Of a stretch of 64,000 nt of DNA, positions 16,498-29,300 are shown piece by piece. The stretch comes from Dimorphilus gyrociliatus (lineage: Eukaryota; Animalia; Annelida). The notes beneath the pieces were generated by a model. That model ran no database searches. It worked only from the letters and a program-made list of their open reading frames with translations, and was not told the DNA's origin. Numbering within the stretch: position 1 is the first letter of the stretch; each line of letters opens with the position of its first letter. A program made the position numbers and the translations under genes. The stretch is from contig CAJFCJ010000005.1 in assembly GCA_904063045.1 (NCBI GenBank), positions 4,307,689 to 4,371,688 on the forward strand, read 5' to 3'.

Positions 16498-19068
16498 ATG
16501 GCTGCCACAAAAAATGCAAAAATATTCGTAAATTCGGTTATCTGTTATTCTTGGCGTGATCTATAAACGTGAGATAAATCCTTCGAAAGTTCTCGACAAT
16601 GGTTGTTAATTTATAGCATTTTCATTCTATTTGTTCTTCTGAAATAGGCAGATTTTCATTTAAAAACAATACATTGCCTTCCTTCTTTTTAAAACAAGTA
16701 AAAGGTTTCACGTTAGAAGCTAATGACAGCTCTACTTTTAGGAAGGATTTGGCCCATTAATAATCGAAGAATCTGATGAATCTTCCGAATCGTTTCTATC
16801 AATTGAAGATCAATTGGCAAAGTTTAGAGAGCAATGGCAATCTGAACTACGAAGCAACAAGAGCGGTCAAAATCTCGATTTGAATATCTGTCAGCCAACT
16901 GAAGAAGAAGAGGTAAATGAAGCGTTGTTTTTGTTTTGCTTTCGTCTTTCCAAATTCTAGTACATACTCAGTTTGTTAAAATTGTATGATGGACTCGGGT
17001 CTATGGTTATAGGACAAACCTATTAATAACAATAGAGGGAGCCCGTTAGTCTTTTTTTTGACATTACAGATGACATATGCTATACTAGCATTTTTTTCAT
17101 TTCATACTGTTGTGCAATAAAAACACCATAAGGTCTTTATATGTATTATTATTAGGACGATCGTATTGTACTTCTCTTCGTAGTGGTAAAATCGAAAAGG
17201 TGTTTAGTAGAATTAAACCGAAAAAACAAATTATGCCTATTAATGAAGATAAGTTAATATCACAGGCAAAGTATCTTTTCCTACAAGGAATAGAAGCTGA
17301 AAGAAGCCACTGCTTACCTGAAGGTAATTGATATAATATTGATATAATTTTTTACAAGTATTTTAATTGCTATATAATATATTCGATAAACAAACAGCTA
17401 TAAAATACTATCGAAAAGCCGTTCAACTTGTGCCAGATATTGAATTCAGAATAACTGAAGATGATATTTCTAGAGCAGATAATAAACGAAGTAGGGAATA
17501 AAAAAAAATAATTGATTAGCCTTTTATTTTACATCTTATGGATTTTTATACGCTTCTTTCTAATCTCTCAGATCGTTTGGATAGCGAAAGCTCTATTCTT
17601 TCGGATGGACTCTCAGAAGAAATTGAGAATATTGAAGATGTCCTTGAACGATTATTCATTTTACAGGTACATTCTACTCACTCTTAATTTGTCTCACACA
17701 TACTTTTCTCTCTCTGTCTCGCTTCTGTCCGTTCTCTTTTCTCTTCTTAGCAAAATGTAATTAACTAGTTCTTAATTAGAAAAGTTGAAAAAATAAATTA
17801 ATCCCTTCTCTTATGTTCCATCTCTATTACTTTTTCCTGTTTTTGGTTTAATAGGCTCAAGAAGGCATTGTTTGTCAGATGGAATTATCTACAAATAGAA
17901 CTCATTTTTCCAATTTACCACCAGAGATAATAGCTCATATAATTAAGTGGGTTGTTGGTAAGCATCTAGATGTTGAATCATTGGAAAATCTCGGTATGGT
18001 TTGCCGAGGCTTATTTGTAAGTTCGAGAGACGAGAAAATCTGGAGAGGAATTTGTCAACAGTTAGTAAAAGTTGATGCATGCAAAACAATGATTACTAAT
18101 TAGAGCTTGTTGTTAATTTTTAACAGAATTTGGGGAATAAATTGCAGTTCTGTTAAAAAGTACGGATGCTGGAGGAATATGTATATACATAGACCTCATT
18201 TAAGATACAACGGTAGATTTAGAAAAAATTTCGCTTAGTTCTTCCCTTTCTCATCTTTCTCATATTTCTCTTAAGATAATAAGTAGTAAATGAAATTTGT
18301 TCACAGGTGTCTACATTAGTAAAATGAGCTATCTTAGACAAGGAGAAGTTAGCTTAGACGGATTATACAATCCCTTTCATATTGTGGAATATTATCGATA
18401 TGTTCGCTTTTATTCCGACGGCCGCGTTGTCCACCTAACTTCACCTGAGCACCCCCGATCCGTTGTTGGCGTATTAAAATGGAATTGTCGCCTACAAGGT
18501 CTGCAATATGGATACTATAAAATGGCTGGAGACAATGTTACCGTGATTCTAAAGAGGAGAATTGCCGAAAAGAGTACTTATCAGCGTTATAAGTCGAGAC
18601 GCAATAAGAACGGAGAAGCTTTGGTGGAAAAGCAAAAGTTTCAGGCTGTACGTAATAAATGAACACGATTAGCTGTTATATTATATAGTACTATACTTAC
18701 ATTTCGTATAAATCATATACGGTGTATTGTATTAGCAGATAGGATATATTGTTTTTCGTTATTTTTTCGTGGAAAGTTTAATCTATTATTCATCAATTAC
18801 TTTGCAGGAGTTTACTGTTCGAAACGTCGGAAAACGAGCAGGAGCTCAGCTAGTCTGGAATAGATACGCGGTTTTAGCCCTAAATCAGTAAGAAATTGAA
18901 AAAAAATTTATTTTTCAACTAAGAATTATACTAAATTAATTTCTTTGTTATAGGCTAGATAACGAGGAAGATTTGATGGAGTTTGAGCTTAAGCCAGCAA
19001 CCTATCCACCGTTAATCTTTTCTCAAGTCCGTAGCTATACCGCTTACGCCGAAGAGCCGTTGTTTTAA
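16498..19068 (+). CDS. FBXO9: F-box only protein 9, about 424 aa
   Basis: Exons 16498-16527, 16742-16912, 17266-17323, 17398-17490, 17572-17666, 17855-18060, 18127-18212, 18307-18647, 18808-18887 and 18954-19068 join in frame. Motifs: FREQWQSEL, YYRKAVQLVPDIEFRI, F-box LPPEII..I, RPHLRYNGVYISK, VEYYRYVRF, VRSYTAYAEEPL. The first exon is the least certain. Confidence 0.95.
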
Positions 19069-20119
19069 AGATGTTGTATTATCTTTCCTCTCATTTTTTC
19101 TCCCAACCCTATATCTATAACCAATTGAAAACCTGTACGGTTAAAATAATTTGAAAATTTCACTTGATAATGAAAAATGTTGATTATTGTATCTTTGTCA
19201 ATTTGACTGTTTGAATTTTTAATGTGTTTCTATTAAAATTTTACAGAATTTAATCAAGAAGACAAAAAAAGACTGAACATTTGTTTGTAGTTGAAAGTAT
19301 TTCATATACAAGTATATAAATATACGTATAAAGACTATATATAGTATACTGTATATATATATACTGTATATCTGTTATGTACAACAACTATAACTAGAAA
19401 ACTAGATATTTGTCTTTTATCGTTAAACGTTTTGCTCTTGAGTGTTTTGATTAAAAATAGTTACAATGGCTGTTATTACTTTAAAAATTAATATAGAGGT
19501 TTGTGCCTTAAATGAGAAAAGAAAAACAAGAAAGAGATTTTCCTTTTAGTCAGTTGTTTCTCTTACAGATCGTTTTATTATTCATATCTATAACTTTTAA
19601 CAAGAAACATTCATTCATCATTTTCGGCGATCAATGAAGCCAAAATGTATACTTTTTCAGTCTTTAACCATCCCAGAAAGGAACAAGAGAAAAGGAAAAA
19701 GAAGAAGACGAAGAAGACGAAGTAAAAAAAAAAAGAAAAAAAAAACAAGTAATAAAAAAAACAAATAAACAAATAAAGCTAATATTGAAAGAAAAATGTT
19801 TTTTTGCTTCTTTTTCATGAATTTCTTTCGTTTTTAGTTAAATGTAAAAGTTATTTATAAAGCACATATATATGCAGACAATTTTCTTTGTTTTCATTAT
19901 TTTTACAGCATATCTATATCATCTACACGTCTTTGTATATGTATATCATATATACTGTAGATACTGTATATATATATATTCATTGATAATTTTGTTATTT
20001 TCCTCTTTCAACATATACTGCAATACGTAAGCAAGATATTTAAGAACTATATAGTATCTAAATTTCTTACAGTCAATTCATTATTGTAGTAATTAATATT
20101 GCTTTTGCTATTTTATCTG

Positions 20120-23100
20120 CTATACATTGTGTTGAAAGGTTATATTTCCTCCAACATGAAAGGTTGTCGTGTCTGTTTGTCCTGGATCATACATTCTGTT
20201 ATGTACATCTATTGGAAAACTTGGTATTGTATTTCGGACGTCCATTTGACCGGTAACTGCTGGCATAAAAAATTGCGATATGCCAACGTTTGGGCCCATT
20301 TGATTTATGGGTTGGAGTAGTGGAGGAAGATTCTTTTGCATAGTTTCATTTAAAATAGCTTGCTGTTGAGCTACTGCGACGGCGGCTTGATTAGAATGAT
20401 GAGTGTGACTAAGTTGGTGAGGTGCAGCAGATACGGTATTAGGAGTAAAAGAGGTTGGTACCAGTATGGATGAAGTATTTATTGGATCTTTAGAATTTCC
20501 AATAACAGCTGAAACTGCCTGCTCTAAAATATCCTTTTGAGCGTGATTATCCTCTTGAGAAACTGGTACGTGTGAAAGAGGTATAATGTCGACTATAGGG
20601 CCTTCTGTGCCATCTTTAACGTGTCGTCGTCTCTCCGGATGCCCTACTTCAGCTTTTCCCGTTTTCAGATGAAGTCGAATGTGTCGGTCGATAGCCGACT
20701 TCTTTCTCGGAGCATAGTCGCAATAAGGACAGGGAAACCTTTTCTTTGCCGTATGATTATTACTTCGATGTCGAATAACGGACACTAAAAAAAATGTATT
20801 TTCCTATATTAATTTAATAGCTAAAATACGATTGTAATTAATTAATTAAAAGGAGAAAAATTAATTTAATAATAAAGATAATTGAAGTTTAACGTAGTTA
20901 TATTCATATATAAAGTACATGCTGTATGTACAGTATATATACCGTATATGTACGTACCAGTAGATATAGTCTATATCTATACCGTCTATGTTGATACACT
21001 TACGCTTTATATTTATTTATAGAGGGGAAGAGATTTAAATAAAAAAAAAAAACTATGATCAAAGGGCGAAGAATAAAGAACTAAAGAGGAGAAAAATAAA
21101 AGGAAGAAGGAGAAGAAGAAAACAAAAAAATGAAATAAAACTTACATCTATTCTTAAAAACTTTGCCGCAAATATCACAGCAGTGTTCTACTCTATCGTG
21201 TTGTTGCATATGTTTCCGGAATAGACTTCCAGCCAATAGTTCAACGCCGCATTCAGGACACTTTTCCACTGGTTTATTGAACATATTCACCTTGTGCTTA
21301 ATGAATGCGTGATGCATTAATTGGGTATTATTCGAACAGAATTCACCGCAGGTTGTACATAACTTTTTTCCGGCCTCCTTCTTAGCTTGAGGATCTAATT
21401 CGCATACGTTCACTCTCGGACGTCCCCTAGTTCTTTTCTCGCCGTCACCTTCGTCCATTGCCTCAGTTGTGGGCCATCTAGGACATTTCTTTTTATGTAA
21501 ATTCTTCATAGTTGGCAAATAGAGAGCGTTACAATATTCACACTTTTCTTTCTTATTTGTATGCTTCATTTCATGACTCTCTAAGAAACGTGGAAAAGAC
21601 GTCTGGAATTCACAATAATTGCATTTCATTAAATTAACGTATTCAGGCCAAGGCAGACTGTGCAAATGATGCATATGGTGAAGAAGCTTTTGTAATGATT
21701 TTCTACCGCAAGTTCCGGATTGGCCTTGGAGCATATATTTTTTGGGACACTGGGGACAAGTAACCGATAGATAGCTAGTGTTCGGCTCTCTAACAAAGTG
21801 GAGTTTTTTAAAATGTTCTACTAGAGCTAACCACGAAGAATAGCAGACTTTCTCGTCGTTGTCGGCCCCGTCGCATAGAAAGCAAAATATAGTTTTGGCT
21901 TTTGGTGAAGAGGTGACTTTAGCCCTTCTAGTACATTTCTTTTTTCTTTTTCGTTTCGTACCTCTCTTTTGAACTTCTTCTACTTTCAACTCTATCATGG
22001 CATCTTTATCTTCTGGATCCTTAGTTTCGTTAACACTGTCGATGTCTTCTAGAACGTCGTAATTGATATTTGGACTAATACTTTTTACAATTCGACTCGA
22101 CCGTCGTCTCTTGGGGGTTGGTGAGGTATCGTCAACATTTGATCCAATACTAGCGTGGTCTTGATCGTTGTCGCCTTCTTCCTCGTCGTCGTCGTCTTCT
22201 TCGTCGTCGTCTTCTTCTTCCTCTTCCTCCCCCTCTTCGAAACCACCGTCGTCGCGACTTCCTTCCGCTCTTTTCGTTTCGCCTTCATTGCCATTGGGAT
22301 CGTTAACGCTACAGCTATCCGATTGGGAATTTGAGATGATTTTTCGTTTCTTGAAGAACTTTCGCGGTATTTGAGATAATTTTGTAACATTTACAAGCTC
22401 ATGATTTTCTGAATTTTCCAAACATAAACTTTTTAATTGAAGTCTAAAGAAATAAAGGTAAAAAAAAGGAGATAAATAGAATTTTCAACATAGATTTTAC
22501 TTTAATATTAAAATATATCAATAAAGAAGAAAAACAATAAAGTAATAAAACAATAACAAACAATAACAAAAACAAAAATACAACTTACTTATTCGTATAT
22601 ATTTTATTAACAATTGTGTTTACTACTTGATCGACTGCTTCTAACACATCTTCATCAGTCGCTCTTTTCTTTAAAACGTGAGATAATTCGGAAACCTGAT
22701 GATAAGAAAATTGTTGCCTAGTAATCTACATTGGAACCCCCTCCCTCCGGGGGAAACAAATAATGGCGGACATCTCCTTTTATTATTAACTGTTAAACAT
22801 ACCTTTTCCATGCATAATAGCGTAGAGTCTTCATCCAAAGTCATAACTGACAAACGGCAGGCGATGTTAAAAAATCACCAGAAGATTTCAGCTAAAAGCC
22901 AATTTGTAAAAAATACCCACAAAATATGGGGTTTTCGACAACGCTACGCCACAGTCGAGTACTTTTAGTGTTAAAATAGTATAAGCAAAACAGACGTCAG
23001 CACTTACAGCGTTAAAATTAAACGGATTGATATTCCAGCCACATTCTTACGGCACGTATTTAGGGCGGGGAGTTGGATTCCTTGCTCATAAATTTGTCCT

Positions 23101-23120
23101 TCACCCTTACAATGCGCCAT
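20120..23120 (-). CDS. Multi-C2H2 zinc-finger protein with an acidic N-terminal tract, about 742 aa
   Basis: Exons 23051-23120, 22917-22961, 22803-22846, 22589-22695, 21146-22443 and 20120-20784 join in frame (2229 nt). Fingers include CPECGVELLAGSLFRKHMQQH, CDICGKVFKNRLSVIRHRSNNH (split by an intron) and CPYCDYAPRKKSAIDRHIRLH. There is a poly-E/D tract and a Q/P-rich C-terminus. Confidence 0.9.
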
Positions 23121-23353
23121 TCATAAACAAAGCGGGATATTGTTTTTGAATATATATTACTTTGTTTTCTCTTTATCAAACATTTGACAACGTTATATAT
23201 TTGATCTATTAATGTTGCAAGTTTTGGATTATTCTTAAAATAGTTTTTCTCGCCTGCTCTCTCATCGTAAGCATTCCGACGTGTTTCAACACGAATTCGC
23301 CTCTAAATATCAACTCAAAAAAGTGTAAAACGGTAAAGAAAATAATAATAACA
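23121..23353. promoter_or_regulatory. Compact bidirectional promoter between the zinc-finger gene (-) and OFD1 (+)
   Basis: Only 233 nt separate the two divergent predicted ATGs. Confidence 0.7.
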
Positions 23354-26300
23354 ATGAGTTCAGACGAATCGAGTATTAAAGAACTTCGTACTCATCTTTA
23401 TAAAAATATGAAAGATAAAGGATATCTATCCAATTTGAAGGTTTAATACTTTTTTATCAAGAAAAACTGTAAGTGTAATTGCATATTCTTTTTTCTTCTT
23501 CGTCTCTCGTCCTATCAGTGCCAGTTAAGGAACAAATTACTGGCCGATTTAAAGACTAAAGGACTACAAGCTGAAAAATTAAAGTCTAAGGGAACCGAAC
23601 AAGAGCAAAGTTTATCAATAAAGGCGGCAAATAGTATAATAATAGATCATTTGGAAAAATGTAAAATGGAATATACACTGAGTATGTTCTTACCGGAAAG
23701 TAATACTGAAAATAATATGGTACGTAATAATTAATTATTTAGATTAATTGTATATGATTTCTATCTGTTCAATTCAAGGTTTTCAATACAAGTGAATTGC
23801 TACAAATTCTACGTATCAGTCCTGAATCCGATTTATACAAATATTTAATGGAAGATTCTTCAGTGAAGAGTGAAGAAGGTTATATATATATATATATATA
23901 TATACTTTATATGTTTTATAGTATTCAATAATATACTCTTAATAATAGGTTTTCTATCAAAATTGCTCAAGAGAATTTCCGAGGAGCATGGTTTGAATAA
24001 AATCGCTTCAGCATGCCAAACTGATACTTATATTCAACCTCACCATTCATCTTTAGGTAAGTAATTACAAATCAAAGTTAAAGAGAAAAGAGAAAGAATG
24101 TTAATTAACTAAAAGAAATTGTCGATGAATATAAATTATTCATTCTAATATAGACTTTTTTCTTTTAATTCTCTTCTACTTTATCAAAACTATCACGAAA
24201 TCAACATGAAAACAACTGTAATTAAATAAAAGTATATAAATAAGAGAATAAGAGCGAATTAGAGAAAAGAGAAAGAGAGAGAGAGAGTGAGCGGAGTGGG
24301 GAAGAAAGATAGAAAATATAGAATTAGATATTTATATTGTATACTTTGTAGGAGTTTCTATTATTATTGTTGTTATTATTTTTATCTTATTACTTGGCGC
24401 TTTCCTCCTTCCTTCCCTCCCTGCTTTTTTTTTAATTAATTATCTTGCCTATCATTCCTTGCCGAGAATCTAAATACAGCTTAATTTAACTGTTAAATGA
24501 CTATTGTTCTAACCTCAATATATACCTTGAATAGAAGTAGAACAACATCTTGCTCGTCTAATATAAGAATAACAAAGAAAAGAAAAATCAGTAGTATTTA
24601 ACCTTAACATTTCTGTTTATCCTCTTCAACAAATCCTATTCTACTCTTCGTTCTATCTCGTATTAATAAAAAAAAGAACATCTCTAACTGACGGATTGAC
24701 CTGGAGGCGAAGAGAAATAATGGAAATATAAAAAGTATATATATTGGACATTCAGCGAAGCGTTTGATTGTAATCAAGGGAATGTCGATCCTGCTTTTAT
24801 CAATCTGGATTTTAACGCTTATCATCTTTGATAATGAGGTTTTCCGGGAATTGGAGCTAAGGGAATAGATGGCTAAATTTTCCTTTAATAAAATACTTTC
24901 CTTCTATTTTTATTTATTCAATTTCTCTAATTGAGGCGTTTCCTTGTAATTAGGTGAAAAATTCGACATTAAAAAGCAAAACATAGGTCTAGAGAGATAT
25001 TCTAGAAGAGAAGCAAAATATAGAATATAGAACTAGCTAACAATGACAATGATATAATACAAAGTTTATATACTGTATATAAAATTTATATAGTATAATT
25101 AAAGAGAACAAATTACATAGTCTTTAGCCTTTTAAGTAACAGTTCAACTCTAAAATTTATGGTTGAAAAATACTTGTAATACTTTGGTTTGTAGCTTAAT
25201 TTCATCCTTTTTTTTATTTCACAGAAAATAAAATGCAAATGATAGACAACAGTTTTACGGATGCCTCTAGGGAACATAGATCAGTAGAATTCGAAAATAG
25301 AATTACGGCTTATAAAAAAGAGATAGATAAACGCTCCCGAGCCGATTTTGAAGCTGAGGTAAGCGTTTTTCTATTCCATATTTTTAATAATTTACATATG
25401 ATGTATATATACAGTATATATTACATATTATACTTTATAGCTCGCTTGTTTACTTTTACATCCATCCTTCCTTTAATATATTGTAGATCATACGTTTCAA
25501 AGAGACAGAAATTAGTCGTATTCGAATAGAAGAAAGAGAAAAATTACGTGAACAACTAGATGCTACCAGAAGAGAAGTATTAAGAGAATATCCTTAAAAT
25601 ATATATACTCGGCTTCCGACTATATCGGACCTAACATACTTCTTATTTTGTGTAGTTGGAGAGGACTTACCACGTGAAAGCTGAAGCGTTACTTCAACGT
25701 GAGAGGCACGCTGTAGAAAGAGTTCAACAACAGCAAAGTGTTTGTATTTAGAAAAAACATATACAGTATACAGTATATACAATATATTAACATGTACTTT
25801 TTTGCGCTAATAGATTCAAGAGAGAGAGGTCTATAGCCAAAGACAAAGTCTTTTGGATGAGATAGAAGCCGTTAGAAAGAAGGAAGCGCAAGTGAGAAGA
25901 GACGCTGAATTGATGAGAAGGTAATGAAGATAAATAATTAACAAGGATTGACAAATTGAGATTACTCTATATTTATTTCTGTCGCATGCTTTTCCCTGAT
26001 TAGAGAGCAAATGATTCAAGAAGAGAGAATGAAAACTAGGGAAGAACTAACATCAAAAAGGGAGGAAAATGCTCGTAAAAAGGAAATAGAGCTGGCCAAA
26101 GAGCTGCATGATCAGATGAGCAAGTTAGTTATTTATTCCAAAAAGCAGATGTATTATTAATTAGTTTCCTGTATAATAATTCTATTCTTTTTTAATTAGA
26201 TTCAAGTTGGAGCAGGAGGCTAATTACATGCAAAGATCAAAAGATTTGGAATTTCGCGAATTAAAAGTTCGAGGTTAGAGTCCTAATTAATTTTATAACG

Positions 26301-29300
26301 TTATCATAAGCCTATTAGTCTAACTATAAACGTATATATATATGCAGTATATACAGCCTTCCAGCGATAGAATAGTATAAAAGATAGGCCAATAAACAAG
26401 GGCAACTGCAAGAATAATAATATTAATGATTAATTTAACTCTTTCTTTTTAGATGATCAACGGCGTCTAGATGACGAATTACGTGATATTTATAATGTAA
26501 AACAAGAGTTAAGGGAAAAAGCCAGTAGAGTTTGCCAACTGGAGGCTGAACTAAACAGCAGCAGACAACAATTAATCGTATTTGAAAAGAAATCAGAATT
26601 ACAAGCGGATAAAATAAGAGAGGTGCTTAAACTCTTCATTTATTCATTATTCTTTTCTTTCTATCCTTTTTATTTCTTATTTCTGTTCTTATCTCTCCAC
26701 TTTTCTTCTTTTACCTATTTAATTATTATATCCTTATCTTTTAGATGGTCGATTATGAGACTTTGAAGAAAGAGAATTTTTTATTGAAAAAAGATCTAGA
26801 AGTTATAAAAGAGTAAATACTTTTTTTTTAAAAAAACAAAATTCATTCCATTCGCAAAATCTATGAAAGAAGGATTCTAATTCAACCTTTATTTTTCCAT
26901 CTCCTCTCCTATTTAGCCAATACGCCCAAGCGTCTAAAGAAGCTATGGTTGAGAGAAAAAGTAATTAAAATTTGTTATCCCCCTTGCCCTATTTATTTTA
27001 ATAATTGTTTATTTTCTATTCTCCTACTCCCTCTCCCTCCCCCCTCTCATTGTAGAACAGGAAAGTTTGTATAGGGAAATGACGGAAAGAGCCGAAAGAC
27101 CTTCACCCGAGGTTATTCTTATTCAACGAGAATTGGATAAAGCCAGAGAACAATCGAAACAGCAAGAAATTCTAGGCAATCATCATAGGAATTTATCTGA
27201 AAAAAATCTTCAAGATGAGGTAAAAGGATTAATATATTTTATCTTATATTTAATGAAAACCTGAGACAATATAATAAATATTTTATAGCGTGAAAGTAAA
27301 CGTCAACTATTACAAAAATACGAAGAACAATCGATGCAAATGAAAGAGATGAATAGGGAATTAATGGATCTAAGGCAGCAATTAGGAATGACAACAAAAG
27401 GTTTCTCTTTCTCAATTCGTTCAATCATTTTCCTAATTCTTTATCTTATTGATAAAAACCTAGCACTTACAAATGAAATTTATCGAAAACCATTTGCCGA
27501 AGTTTCTAATGATTCAAAGCACGATATAAGTATTGATAGATATACATCTGGAAGGATACTTCGGGAAGAAGAAGTTCCAACGAGGTAAGTTTCTCCCTTG
27601 TAGTTTCCCTCCCTCCTCCTCTGCCTCCCTTCCTATAGCTTTTTTTAATTCATTCTAAATCCTTAACTCTTTGTTTTCTTCTTTTATTTTAATTTTCCTT
27701 CTTTACTTGTTTCTTCACTTTTTGGAGGATACCCGGTGTGTCTAATAGCAGACGAATTTATCCGGAAAAATGGCAAACATGGTAAGGAATAAGTTGATTA
27801 ACCGAATTCTTTAGACTTATTTTACTAGTTTAAGTTAATTAGACAAATAAGAAAGTGTTAAATAAATATTATACCACTCTCTTTAGGGTAGATAAGATGA
27901 GATTATACAAACCGGAACGTTTTTATATCGATCGTACGAACTATCTACCTAGATTATACAAAAATCTGGCTCAGGCCTCAGTTAGTCATATGATACATCG
28001 AAATAAAAGTCGACGACGGTACTATCTTATCTTAATGGTTTGATTACACGGAATGCGGTCACTTATTTATTATTTTATCGAGTCAGCTCCTTTTTATTCG
28101 ATTTTCTATTCACAAGAATCGATCAATTCACTATTTTATTTTTTTTGGAGTGTTGCTTCCTCTCTTCTTTCACACACACACACGCTCTCTCTGCCTTGAC
28201 ATTTATTGTTTTCATTTCATTTAGGTCCAGAGATCTACATTCCCCCGAAAGTCACAATTCCAGTTCTTCTACCGATTTAGTAGCCGAAACAAAGAGAAGA
28301 CTAAAAAGTTTAGACGCAGAAGCCGAAGTAAGTACATTGAATATCTGATTTTTTATTTCAACAGTTAAGTTTTTTGAGCGCACTATACGTAACCAAAAAC
28401 AACACTATAACAAAAAACAAGTATTATTTACATAGATATTATATATATAATCTCTGTTATCTATCTAATTATTAGAACCCTTTCTTGAAGTTTGCCTTCT
28501 CCAATTAGCTATTTCAGCTGGTCTTTTAACGTTTCGACACCTATTTCGTCTATTTGCTAACCATTTTCTTATTTGTTCCTGATTTAAACCCGTTTGTAGT
28601 GAGAGATTTGCCAACGTTTGCTTATCGGCGTACGGGTGCTGCACATTATTGTTGTACCATCTTTCTAAAATTCTTAGTGTCCTTGAATCGTAAGGCGGCG
28701 TTTTCGATTTTGTCGTTGGTATATAATTAACAACTTCGCATTCTTCGGGTGATGAAGGATTTTCCGAGTAGTGATTGTGATACATAGGAGGCGTTTTAAT
28801 CTCATTCGGTATTTGATATCCTTGCACTGAACCGACTGTAGGGGGCGAATCATTAATCGGATGGTAAGGTAGAGGCGGCGACGGCGATGGTTGTTGCGGT
28901 GGTAAGGCTGAACTAATGGGAGGCTGGGAATAATGAACACCCAAGGAATAATCGTTAAAAGGCTCGCTTGTTAAATTGTGTAGATCGACAGCTGTAAATA
29001 ACGCGTGATAATCGTAATGGAAGTGGTCTTCTACTGGTGCAATTCCTTTACCAAATTCTTGAGCAATTTGCCTTTCGATTGCGGTCCTATGCCAATTGTT
29101 GTGATTCGGCTGGACACATTTACATCCTTCACTTTTATATTGCGCTTTATGTAAATTTTTCAAAGAACATTCAATACGAGATTTCAAGCGATTTCTTTCT
29201 CTTTCGTACCGCCTTTGAACGTACTCGTCAATTCTTTCGGGCCGGTTTTTGAACTGTTCGTCGAGTTCAGCTTTGGATGCTTGATAAACTCTCCATAATT

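Noticed and set aside
22085-22390. Overlapping ORFs (101 aa Lys/Thr-rich on minus; 68 aa poly-Ser on plus)
   Set aside because: Alternative-frame and antisense readings of the acidic E/D tract of the zinc-finger gene.
24480-24900. Coding-looking patch in OFD1 intron 4 (73-aa minus ORF, hydrophobic plus-strand fragment, some good splice sites)
   Set aside because: All spliced combinations I tried hit stops and no motif is recognisable. Hydrophobicity is expected from AT-rich DNA.
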